A stretch of DNA of 64,000 nt from Nitrospiraceae bacterium (lineage in GTDB: Bacteria > Nitrospirota > Nitrospiria > Nitrospirales > Nitrospiraceae). Numbering within the stretch: position 1 is the first letter of the stretch; each line of letters starts with the position of its first letter. Where the stretch lies: assembly GCA_036004925.1 (NCBI GenBank), contig DASYRC010000063.1:29970-93969 (forward strand). The letters run 5' to 3'. The notes beneath the pieces were generated by a model that worked only from the letters and a program-made list of their open reading frames with translations, was not told where the DNA came from and ran no database searches. The position numbers and the translations under genes are program-made. Below are positions 18,986 to 30,087 of the stretch, piece after piece.

Positions 18986-20293
18986 TTAGTGTCTTCCCCC
19001 AACCTGTTCGGGACGAATAAGATTCGCTGCCTCCGCTTCGTGAATCAGCGTGACGTACTCAGGCCGCCAATGTTTGAGCGTACTCATAATCGGCGCCACT
19101 TCCGCATCGCCGAACGCGCAGACCGTTCGGCCCTCGATGTTCTTGCATAGATCGACCAAGGTTTCAAGGTCCTCCATCCGTCCTCGCTTCGCGACGATCC
19201 GGCGCATGGTTTGCACCAGCCAGGCGCTTCCCTCGCGGCAGGGGCTGCACTTGCCGCAGGACTCATGATAGAAAAACTCCATGAGGCGGAGCGCGGCCCA
19301 CACCATGTCCGTACCCTCTTCCATGACGGTCACCCCGCCGGAGCCGAGCATGGAGCCGGCGGCGGCAACGGACTCAAAATCGAGTTTGACGTCGATGTGG
19401 TTCGGAGTGAGGAATGGTGCTGACGCCCCTCCCGGGATGAAGGCCTTGAGCGGTTTGTCGGAGCGCATGCCTCCGGCTTCCTCGTAGATCAATTCGCGGA
19501 AGGTAACCCCCATCGGCACTTCGTAGTTCCCCGGCCGTTTCACATGGCCGCTGACGCAGAAGACTCTGGTGCCGGTGCTCTTCGGTGGGGAGCCGATCGA
19601 TGCGAACCATTCGGGGCCCCGGCTGATGATGTGAGGGAGATTTGCCAGGGTCTCGACGTTGTTCACCACAGTCGGTTTGTTGTAGAGACCGTGTGTCGCA
19701 GGGAAGGGAGGCTTGACGCGCGGCAAGCCGCGCTTGCCTTCGAGCGACTCCAGCAATGCCGTTTCTTCTCCGCAGATATAGGCGCCGGCACCTCGGTGCA
19801 CCCACACATTGGCGGTGATTCCTGCGCCCAGGATGTTTGTTCCGATATAGCCGGCGGTCCGCGCTTCGGCGATCGCCTGTTCCAAGATCCTGGCCCCGAG
19901 GACGAATTCGCCTCGTATATAAATGTAGGCGGATTCTGCTCCAATCGCGTAGCAGGCGAGCACGATGCCTTCCAGCATTTGGTGAGGATCGCGTTCGATG
20001 AGCTGGCGGTCCTTGAACGTGCCTGGTTCGCTCTCGTCCGCGTTGCAACAGAGATAGCGCGGGCCCTGGTAGCCCTTGGGCAGAAATCCCCATTTCACAC
20101 CGGTCGGGAAGCCTGCGCCGCCGCGCCCCCGGAGCCCCGACTTCAACACTGTGGCGGTGACCTCGGATGGCGGCACTTTCCCCACGACCTTGCGGAGCGC
20201 CTGGTAGCCGCCCGTTCGCTCATAGTCTTGGAGCGAACCGGTGTACCCAGGCTGCAACATGTTCTTCAGGAGGACTGGTTCGTGCTTTGACAT
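18986..20293 (-). CDS. nuoF: NADH-quinone oxidoreductase subunit F
   Basis: 435 aa. GAGAYICGEETALLESLEGKRG (FMN/NADH site) and ESCGKCSPCREG (N3 cluster). Confidence 0.9.
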   Translation of the reverse strand: MSKHEPVLLKNMLQPGYTGSLQDYERTGGYQALRKVVGKVPPSEVTATVLKSGLRGRGGAGFPTGVKWGFLPKGYQGPRYLCCNADESEPGTFKDRQLIERDPHQMLEGIVLACYAIGAESAYIYIRGEFVLGARILEQAIAEARTAGYIGTNILGAGITANVWVHRGAGAYICGEETALLESLEGKRGLPRVKPPFPATHGLYNKPTVVNNVETLANLPHIISRGPEWFASIGSPPKSTGTRVFCVSGHVKRPGNYEVPMGVTFRELIYEEAGGMRSDKPLKAFIPGGASAPFLTPNHIDVKLDFESVAAAGSMLGSGGVTVMEEGTDMVWAALRLMEFFYHESCGKCSPCREGSAWLVQTMRRIVAKRGRMEDLETLVDLCKNIEGRTVCAFGDAEVAPIMSTLKHWRPEYVTLIHEAEAANLIRPEQVGGRH

Positions 20294-20371
20294 AGTTTTT
20301 CTTCCCGTGAAACGTTAGGCGTAAGGCGTGAGTCGATGCCCCGGAAGTCAGGCCGTTCAACCCCTCACGCC

Positions 20372-20908
20372 TCACCCCTTACTCCTCACGCTCGCCGGTT
20401 CCGGCCACATAAACGGGCCGGTCTTGAGCGAACAGGTCCCGTCTTTTTTGAGATCGGCCAAGATTCGGTCGAATGTTTCTTCTGTGAGCCGTTCGTAATA
20501 GTCCTCGTTGGCCTGCATCATGGGCGCGGTGCCACAGGCGGCGAGACATTCGACCGTGCTGAGGGTAAAGAGTCCGTCGGCTGTCGTTTCACCTGGTCCG
20601 ATTCCGAGTTTCGTCTTGACCCACGCGATGACTGTATCCGACCCGGCCAGCGCGCACATCAGAGACTTGCAGACTTGGAGATGAAATTTCCCCACGCGCT
20701 TGAGATTGATCATCGTATAGAACGTGGCTGTCTCATAGACTTGGGGCGGGGTCAGACGCAATAGCCCCGCGATCTCCTTCATCGCAGCTTCCGACACGAA
20801 GCCCTCTTCCTGTTGTGCCAGGTACAGCAGGGGAATCAACGCCGAGCGTTTCACCGGATACCGGCTCACGATGTCGTCAATTTCTTTCTGATACTTTTCT
20901 TTCAACAT
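20372..20908 (-). CDS. nuoE: NADH-quinone oxidoreductase subunit E
   Basis: 178 aa thioredoxin-like 2Fe-2S protein with VCKSLMCALAG and VECLAACGTAPMMQ. Confidence 0.9.
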   Translation of the reverse strand: MLKEKYQKEIDDIVSRYPVKRSALIPLLYLAQQEEGFVSEAAMKEIAGLLRLTPPQVYETATFYTMINLKRVGKFHLQVCKSLMCALAGSDTVIAWVKTKLGIGPGETTADGLFTLSTVECLAACGTAPMMQANEDYYERLTEETFDRILADLKKDGTCSLKTGPFMWPEPASVRSKG

Positions 20909-20922
20909 TCCACTTCCCCAAC

Positions 20923-21024
20923 GGTGAGGCGACGGGGTGATGGGGCCGACTGCGCGTGTCCAACGAGCACGCGTTTCATCGTGCGCGTTGCACGAGCAAG
21001 GGCCCCATCCCCCGAGCCCTCACC
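20923..21024. repeat. GGTGAKGGG-word long hairpin in the nuoCD-nuoE spacer
   Basis: Outer 7-bp helix GGTGAGG (20923-20929) with CCTCACC (21018-21024). Inner helix GGGTGATGGGGCC (20935-20947) with GGCCCCATCCCCC (21001-21013), one mismatch. The interior contains a further GCGCGTG...CACGCG hairpin. Confidence 0.75.
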
Positions 21025-22831
21025 TATCACATTCTCCCATCACGACGTCGTAGGTCCCGAAGATCGTGATGATGTCGGAAATCAGGTAGCCTCGCGCCAT
21101 GTGGTCGAAAGCGCCCATGTGTACAAATGAAGGCGAGCGAATCTTCAGTCGGTAGGGACGGGCGCTGCCGTCGCTGACGATGAAAAATCCCAATTCGCCT
21201 TTTGGGGCCTCGGTCGCACAGTAGGTCTCGGCCTTCGGTGGCTTGATGCCCTGGGTGTAAATGATGAAATGATGGATCAAGCTTTCCATGTCCCGCATGA
21301 CCAGCTCCTTGGGCGGCGGAATATATTGCGGCGCCTCGGCCATGATCGGCCCAGGCGGCAGCTGATCGAGACATTGTGCGATGATCCTGGCGCTCTGCCT
21401 CATCTCTTCCATGCGGATCCAGTACCGGTCGTAGGTGTCGCCGTTCTTGCCGATCGGCACTTCCCAATCGACTTTGTCGTACACGCCGTAGGGCTCGGCC
21501 TTGCGGACATCGTAGGCGACGCCCGACCCTCGCAATACCGGCCCGGTGCAGCCGAAGTTGATCGCGTCCTCAGCCGAGAGCACGGCCACGTTCTTCGTGC
21601 GGCCGAGCCAGATGCGATTCGACGCGATGAGCGAATCGTATTCCTTGACCTTCTCGGGAAAGATATCGAGGAACGCGATCATCCGTTGGACCAACTCAGG
21701 GGTGAAATCGCTATCGACCCCGCCGATGCGATAGTAGTTCAGCGTCAGCCGGGCCCCGCAGAGCTTTTCGAACATGTCCAACAGTATTTCGCGCTCCCGG
21801 AAGGTCCAGAAAAACACGGTCATGGCGCCGATATCGAGAGCCTGCGTGCCGAGCCAAAAAAGGTGCCCGATGATGCGTTGCATCTCGGCCACGATGGTCC
21901 GGATGTATTCGGCTCGGACCGGCACGGTGATCTCGAGGAGTTTTTCTACGGCACGCACATACGCGTAGTTGTTGGACATGGCGCAAACATAGTCGAGCCG
22001 GTCCGTGTGTGGGATGATCTGCATGTAGGCCAGACCCTCGGACAATTTTTCGACGCCTCGATGGAGATAGCCGAGGTCCGGTGTGGCCTTCACAATCCGT
22101 TCGCCGTCCAGCACGAGCACGACACGCAACACGCCGTGGGTGCTCGGATGCTGTGGCCCCATGTTCAGCAGCAATTCCTCTTTCCGTTGGGAACCGGGTA
22201 CGTCAGGCTCGGCGCGAAAGGTGTTTTTCTGCTCCTCGGTGATTTCGCTTTCAGTGACGTCGAGCGGGGGCTCGTCCAATCTCGGGATGAAGTCGAACTG
22301 GCTGCGCCAGCCACGCCCTTCGGTCGGGAAGTCCTTTCTCAACGGGTATCCCTCGGTATAATCTTCCGGCAACAAAATGCGCCGGAGATCGGGGTGGCCG
22401 GAAAAGTGAATGCCCATCATGTCGTAGACTTCGCGTTCCAGAAAATTGGCTCCCTTCCAGATGCCGGTGACCGAGGCGATCGTCGGATCGTCCTCCGTGA
22501 TGCGCGCCTTGAGGCGAAGGCGCTGCTGAAGAGGGAGCGAATGCAAGTGGTAGACGACTTCGAACCGCAGCTGATCTTCGGGATAGTCGACCGAGCAGAT
22601 ATCGGTGAGATGGTCAAAGGTTGCCTCAGGCGCATCGTGCAAATAGCGCGCAATATCCAGCAGACGCGCGGCGGCCACGGAAACAGCGGTCTCGGCGCGT
22701 GCGACGTCGACGCGGGTCGCGAGGATCGCGTCCGGGAATTTCGTCTTCAGGTTGTCGAGCAGGGCTTGCATAGTTCTTGTTTGCGAAACGGGCCCGACTC
22801 GCGAGACATGCGCGATTTTCCAGTCGCGCAT
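21020..22831 (-). CDS. nuoCD: NADH-quinone oxidoreductase fused subunit C/D
   Basis: 603 aa. NuoC-like N-terminal half and NuoD half with LNMGPQHPSTHGVLR. An alternative start at 22771 (MQALLDNLKTKFP) is possible. Confidence 0.9.
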   Translation of the reverse strand: MRDWKIAHVSRVGPVSQTRTMQALLDNLKTKFPDAILATRVDVARAETAVSVAAARLLDIARYLHDAPEATFDHLTDICSVDYPEDQLRFEVVYHLHSLPLQQRLRLKARITEDDPTIASVTGIWKGANFLEREVYDMMGIHFSGHPDLRRILLPEDYTEGYPLRKDFPTEGRGWRSQFDFIPRLDEPPLDVTESEITEEQKNTFRAEPDVPGSQRKEELLLNMGPQHPSTHGVLRVVLVLDGERIVKATPDLGYLHRGVEKLSEGLAYMQIIPHTDRLDYVCAMSNNYAYVRAVEKLLEITVPVRAEYIRTIVAEMQRIIGHLFWLGTQALDIGAMTVFFWTFREREILLDMFEKLCGARLTLNYYRIGGVDSDFTPELVQRMIAFLDIFPEKVKEYDSLIASNRIWLGRTKNVAVLSAEDAINFGCTGPVLRGSGVAYDVRKAEPYGVYDKVDWEVPIGKNGDTYDRYWIRMEEMRQSARIIAQCLDQLPPGPIMAEAPQYIPPPKELVMRDMESLIHHFIIYTQGIKPPKAETYCATEAPKGELGFFIVSDGSARPYRLKIRSPSFVHMGAFDHMARGYLISDIITIFGTYDVVMGECDR

Positions 22832-22859
22832 CTCCCGCTTCTCTCACTCGTCTCGCGGT

Positions 22860-23339
22860 TTATCTCACAAAGACTTTTTCCCGCTGAATCTTTTCCTGTA
22901 ACTTCAGCAGTCCATCCAGCAACGCTTCTGGGCGGGGCGGACAGCCTGGCACATAGACATCGACCGGAATGATCTGGTCGACGCCTTGGACCACCGCGTA
23001 ACTATTGTAGTGGTTGCCTGAGGTGGCGCAGGAACCCATAGAAATGACATACCGTGGTTCCGGCATCTGGTCGTAGATGCGGCGGATCACCGGAGCCATC
23101 TTGCGAGCTACTGTGCCGGCGATGATCATGAGATCAGCCTGCCGCGGCGAGGCCCGAAAGACCCCGGCACCGAAACGATCCATGTCGTACCGCGACGCCA
23201 CAGTCGCAATCATTTCGATGGCGCAGCAGGCGAGACCGAACGTCATCGGCCACAAAGCCGACTTTCGAGACCAATTTACGACCGCGTCCAGATTGGTCGT
23301 CAGAATATTTGCCTCAAACTGTCTCTCCAGAAAGCCCAT
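22860..23339 (-). CDS. nuoB: NADH-quinone oxidoreductase subunit B
   Basis: 159 aa with [17 protein letters not shown] and [11 protein letters not shown] (N2 cluster ligands). Confidence 0.9.
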   Translation of the reverse strand: MGFLERQFEANILTTNLDAVVNWSRKSALWPMTFGLACCAIEMIATVASRYDMDRFGAGVFRASPRQADLMIIAGTVARKMAPVIRRIYDQMPEPRYVISMGSCATSGNHYNSYAVVQGVDQIIPVDVYVPGCPPRPEALLDGLLKLQEKIQREKVFVR

Positions 23340-23364
23340 AAAATTCGCTCAATGTTAAATGATG

Positions 23365-23403
23365 AATGTTGAATGAAGGGATCGGAGCCCTCGATTCAAC
23401 ATT
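23365..23403. repeat. TGAATGT-word hairpin in the nuoA-nuoB spacer
   Basis: AATGTTGAAT (23365-23374) pairs perfectly with ATTCAACATT (23394-23403). After a 2-nt mismatch, an inner 4-bp helix (AGGG/CCCT) closes the loop ATCGGAG. Flanking words of the same type extend from 23349 to 23418. Confidence 0.8.
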
Positions 23404-23440
23404 GAAAATTCAAAATTGCCAATTGCGCGCCTTAGGCGCT

Positions 23441-23812
23441 CTAGTCCCATTCTAACGCCCCCTTCTTCCAGGCGTACCAGAATCCGGCCAGCAGGATGCT
23501 GATAAACACGAGCATTTCGATGAGCCCAAGCAGGCCGAGCGAGTGAAACCTGACGGCCCAGGGGATCATGAAAATGATCTCGATATCGAAAATGACGAAC
23601 AGCATCGCAATAATATAGTAGCGCATCGGAAACTGGATGCGCGCGTCGGAAAATAGCGGGCTTCCGCTCTCATAGGGGGCCAGTTTGGCTCGATACGGAC
23701 GACTCGGCCGGATGAACGAGCCGGCAAGCAGCGCGACGGCGCCGAAGGCAAGGGCAATGCCGATAAACAAGAGAATCGGCATGTAGTTCTCTGGAACGGC
23801 TGTATTACCCAT
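23441..23812 (-). CDS. nuoA: NADH-quinone oxidoreductase subunit A
   Basis: 123 aa, three TM segments, KLAPYESGSPLF and FDIEIIFM motifs. First gene of the nuo operon. Confidence 0.9.
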   Translation of the reverse strand: MGNTAVPENYMPILLFIGIALAFGAVALLAGSFIRPSRPYRAKLAPYESGSPLFSDARIQFPMRYYIIAMLFVIFDIEIIFMIPWAVRFHSLGLLGLIEMLVFISILLAGFWYAWKKGALEWD

Positions 23813-23821
23813 GCAGGCTCC

Positions 23822-23850
23822 GTGAAACGTGAAACGTGAAACGCCAAACG
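23822..23850. repeat. Tandem heptamer (GTGAAAC)x3 plus a degenerate unit, in the nuoA 5' leader
   Basis: GTGAAACGTGAAACGTGAAACGCCAAACG on the + strand, which is GTTTCAC repeats on the transcribed strand. It ends about 10 nt upstream of the nuoA ATG. Confidence 0.85.
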
Positions 23851-23889
23851 TTGTCCGACCGATGGAAGATCATCGTGTTGCTCAATATG

Positions 23890-25068
23890 TCATGCAGCAG
23901 AATGCGCCGCCAGCGCCGAGCCGAAGAAGGGTTTGAATTTCAAGCCGTCCAGTTCCGGATGACTCAGTCCCTTGTGTTGAACGAGCACCTTAAACGTGCT
24001 GCCCATGCCCTCCGGCTTCAGGAGATGAATTGCGGCGCGAAACTCCGGGCTCTCCGGCTCCAATTCCCCGATCATGTCTTCAACGCCGAGCCCCATCAGA
24101 AAACTCATTTGGTTCGTGAACCCCGTCACGTGGAGTCCATGCTTCTCACCGACAGCAGCCAGGCTCGAAAAATCTACGTGCGCGGTCATATCCTGCTCGC
24201 CGACGCGAACGAATGGATATTCGTTTGTCTGCTGCTGGAAATAGCAGAGGAACGTGCCGTCCTTCCGCTCAGGCCCATAGAGATCTTGCGCCGTATGGCC
24301 GTAGTCTATCGTCAAGACAAATCCACGATCCATCCGACGAGCGACCTGCTCCATCCAGTCGATAGCTTGTAGATTCACCTCGGTTCGGTAGCCTTCCGGC
24401 CACGTGGTATCGAGTCGCTGCAGATATTGAGCAAGCGCGGTCGTCGACAGGGGCTTGAGGCAGTCCACAAAGCGTCCGTCCCGATAGTCTACATAGAGTT
24501 CTTCGGTTCGTTCGGCCGTGACTTGAATCCGGTGCACCGGAAAGGCATCGATTAGTTCATTGCTGAAGAACAGACCGGTCACGCTTTGCGGGGCCAGGCC
24601 ATCAAGGTCTTCTACCCAAGTGACAAGACCTGGCTTGCTGAGCCAGGGAGCCAGGTTCTGGCGCTGCAGTTCCCGCATCGCAGGGCTCCGTTCGATCAGG
24701 ACATAGCGGGCACGTGATGCGAAGGCATCGTGTTCCGCATGGATCGCTGTCAGGCAATCTCTGGCTAACATGCCTTTGCCGGCGCCCATTTCGACGATTG
24801 TGAAGGGAGTGGGGCCGCCCAGTAATTCGTCCATTTGCCTGGCCTGCTCGGCAAGTGCGCGACCGAAGATCGGGTATACATCGGAGCTGGTGTAGAAATC
24901 GCCGGACCAGCCGATACGTTCATGGTTTGCACCGTCCGGTTGGCGCATGTAATAGCCAAATTGAGGGTGATAAAGCGCCAATTCCATGAAGCGGACGAAG
25001 GGAATTGGTCCGTTTCTGGCGATTTCGGACGAAATTGCAACGACGAGTTCAGGATGCCCGGTTATCAC
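23890..25068 (-). CDS. SAM-dependent methyltransferase, MidA / NDUFAF7 (COG1565, DUF185) family
   Basis: N-terminus GPIPFVRFMELALYHPQFGYYM...IGWSGDFYTSSDVYPIFGRALA and the SAM motif IVEMGAGKG match the MidA family. The track ORF begins at a TTG (25074). The GTG at 25068 has better spacing to GAGGAG. Confidence 0.8.
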   Translation of the reverse strand: MITGHPELVVAISSEIARNGPIPFVRFMELALYHPQFGYYMRQPDGANHERIGWSGDFYTSSDVYPIFGRALAEQARQMDELLGGPTPFTIVEMGAGKGMLARDCLTAIHAEHDAFASRARYVLIERSPAMRELQRQNLAPWLSKPGLVTWVEDLDGLAPQSVTGLFFSNELIDAFPVHRIQVTAERTEELYVDYRDGRFVDCLKPLSTTALAQYLQRLDTTWPEGYRTEVNLQAIDWMEQVARRMDRGFVLTIDYGHTAQDLYGPERKDGTFLCYFQQQTNEYPFVRVGEQDMTAHVDFSSLAAVGEKHGLHVTGFTNQMSFLMGLGVEDMIGELEPESPEFRAAIHLLKPEGMGSTFKVLVQHKGLSHPELDGLKFKPFFGSALAAHSAA

Positions 25069-25291
25069 AAGCAACTCCTCTTATCCCATCGACAACACAC
25101 GAAAAGTGACAGCAACAGCCGAGGGAACACCCCACCCTCCCCTTATGCAGGGCCGACCGAGAGCCAAAAGTGGCGTAGATTAGCCTCAGGATTACTTCTA
25201 AGTCAAGGCAGAGAGTATTGGAAACTCAGGCAAATCTCCCTAATTCGAGGGGGAGGAATATTCGCGAGAAATGTTTCGTGATGAAGGGGGT

Positions 25292-25387
25292 GGAATGACA
25301 CCCGTGCCGATCCCTTGCTCCCGGAGCGCGCACAATCAGAATGTGCTCGCTCGACGGCCGCAGTGGGACCGGCACGGGTGCCATTCC
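25292..25387. other. 96-nt rod-like inverted repeat in the secA / midA-like intergenic region
   Basis: GGAATGACACCCGTGCCG (25292-25309) pairs with CGGCACGGGTGCCATTCC (25370-25387) at 17 of 18 positions. The interior holds a second helix, GAGCGCGCAC...GTGCTCGCTC. Confidence 0.7.
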
Positions 25388-25610
25388 AAGAGAGAGGCAA
25401 GCAGGCTTGGAAGGATCATTTAGAAGGACAAGCGTCGTCCGACTGGCGCAGGAGGAGCTCCCCCAACCTGAGCCATCCTCCGGTGCAGAGGAAGGTCAGG
25501 TTGCAACTGTGAATGTATCCGGAGAAATGAAAATAGGTTACATGTGGCGGCCCGTCGCATCCGCATCATGGCGATGCCGAAGTTCCACGCCCTTCGTCAG
25601 CAGAGCCTCT

Positions 25611-28337
<2,727 letters not shown>

Positions 28338-28506
28338 GGTACTGTCGTTCAGAACGAACGCCGATGACTCCGAAAGTATTTTGCGCAGTATACAGCATCT
28401 TTTCCATGAATCCTATAATAAGCAGAGGCCTGGCGCTAGTAGCCGACTTGACAGGCCTCGGCGGTGTCCAGTAGCATTCTTCCAATTCACACTGGGTCGC
28501 CTTCTG

Positions 28507-28812
28507 ATGAACCGCATCGTCCTCAAATTCGCGTCGATCCTCCTGGTGCTCTGCATCCTTTCCGTCGGCGGATTGGCGCAGGCGCAGTTGGTCGAGCATG
28601 CCGGGCACCATGCCCATCATCAGGCTGCCACGCATGGCACCGTGCTCTGCTCCTGGATGTGTGCCGCCGGGGCGGTTCTCGATACTGCTGTGGTCACGTT
28701 TCAGGCCGAACTCAGTCCTATTGCTCTCGTCACATTCCCCAATCCTGCGCAGCCCTCGATCGAGCTGTGCCGGACCTCTTCCAGCCGCGCCCCTCCGTCT
28801 TTCTCTCTATAG
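28507..28812 (+). CDS. Small secreted/anchored protein with His-rich plus CxxxC motif, unknown family (paralog 1)
   Basis: Internal ATG of track ORF 28252..28812. 101 aa: MNRIVLKFASILLVLCILSVGGLAQA then QLVEHAGHHAHHQAATHGTVLCSWMCAAG...SSRAPPSFSL. Shares a conserved block with ORF 30636..30935. Confidence 0.6.
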   Translation: MNRIVLKFASILLVLCILSVGGLAQAQLVEHAGHHAHHQAATHGTVLCSWMCAAGAVLDTAVVTFQAELSPIALVTFPNPAQPSIELCRTSSSRAPPSFSL

Positions 28813-28928
28813 TCTCCACTGCCCATCGGCTCGCAGCAGGGCCGCATTCCGTCTCTCACGCGATCCGCTGAGTGGGTTGTAGGACAGGCGGATGGGGCCA
28901 ATTCTTATAGAGAGAAAGGACCAGCATC

Positions 28929-30056
28929 ATGATCGGAGGGAAACGGTTCATACTCGGATTCATTCTCGGCCTTCCAATAGTCTTCTTCTCGTGGCCCGGC
29001 GCCCAGATTGCGCAGGCATCGTGCGGATCCGTCACCTGTTTTGTCGTGATCGGGTCGGCGCAGCAAGTCTCGCCGGCGGGTCTGCTAACCGTAAACACCT
29101 TTTATACCTATACGCCTCAAGGGACGTTGCTGAGTGGCACGAACGGGGTTATTCCCGCGGTCGATCTCGACAATCGACAGCTGATTCTTGGCCATCACCA
29201 GGAGATCCGAACAATTAGTCAAATGTATACGCTGGATTTGAACTACGGCGTCACCGATCAGTTCGGGATCGAAGTCGCGATCCCCTATAAGCGGATCAAG
29301 CATCAGCACATAGATGGATTGGGAGAAGTCAATGGTGGTGCCGGTGATCTCACACGGTTCTCAGATAACGGCATCGGCGACATCTTCATTAACGCGAAGT
29401 ACAACATGTTGCCCACGCTGAGCAGTATGGTTGTAACGGGTTTCGGCGTGTATCTTCCCACGGGTGATCATAATCAGACAACTGCGGGTGTCGAGAACGC
29501 TGAGACGATGGAACCGACAGCCCAGCTTGGACGCGGACAACTCGGTCTTCAAGGATCGATCTATCAAACCTATGAAATCATTCCTCATCGGTTGAACCAA
29601 TTCGCCTCTGCCAGTTACCGGCACACGTTCCGCAATAACTTTGGCTATCAATTCGGAGATCAATTCGATTTGGGATTCGGCGCGAATCTCGTCACGGTTC
29701 CCTGGCTTGTATTGGCCAATCAGTTCAACTACCGCTACATGGTTCACGATTCTTTTAGCGGGTCGCTGGCTCGATCACAGATTCCTAGCGATCCAGGATT
29801 CCCCGGCGAGGCAATTGTGCTCGATCCAAACATCACGAACCGAGCGGTTCCAACAACCGGTTCTTCGTTCCTTGCGTATACACCTGGTTTCCAAATCAGT
29901 CTCGGTGAACTCTTCAAGACCTCTATGACTGAAAATGCGTCGGTATATTTCTATTCCCAGATCCCTGTCGCCCGTGATTTCAATGGGAACCTGGCTCAAG
30001 GTGTCAGTTATGTATTCGGTATCACGAAGTTGTTCCAAGTCCTGAAACCGTCGTAA
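28929..30056 (+). CDS. Outer-membrane beta-barrel protein (transporter/MetA-pathway-like OMP family)
   Basis: 375 aa. Signal peptide ending AQIAQA, then SCGSVTCFVV. Alternating beta-strand pattern and NGIGDIFINAKYN, a motif I associate with the PF13557-type OMP family. Assigned from memory, not from a search. Confidence 0.6.
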   Translation: MIGGKRFILGFILGLPIVFFSWPGAQIAQASCGSVTCFVVIGSAQQVSPAGLLTVNTFYTYTPQGTLLSGTNGVIPAVDLDNRQLILGHHQEIRTISQMYTLDLNYGVTDQFGIEVAIPYKRIKHQHIDGLGEVNGGAGDLTRFSDNGIGDIFINAKYNMLPTLSSMVVTGFGVYLPTGDHNQTTAGVENAETMEPTAQLGRGQLGLQGSIYQTYEIIPHRLNQFASASYRHTFRNNFGYQFGDQFDLGFGANLVTVPWLVLANQFNYRYMVHDSFSGSLARSQIPSDPGFPGEAIVLDPNITNRAVPTTGSSFLAYTPGFQISLGELFKTSMTENASVYFYSQIPVARDFNGNLAQGVSYVFGITKLFQVLKPS

Positions 30057-30087
30057 GCGCAGTACTCCTTGTCATGAGGAAATTGCC

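Noticed and set aside
23822-23850. Tandem short repeats (GTGAAAC units, GGTTTGT words and others) considered as possible CRISPR arrays.
   Set aside because: Units are 5-7 nt without intervening unique spacers of regular length, the arrays are under 120 bp, and no cas genes are present.
25488-25500. GAGGAAGGTCAGG in the secA / MidA-like gap, resembling the RNase P RNA GAGGAAAGTCCGG (P4) or the SRP RNA AGGTCAGG motif.
   Set aside because: Surrounding sequence lacks the other universally conserved RNase P or SRP RNA elements and helices on either strand. The similarity is limited to one short purine-rich string.
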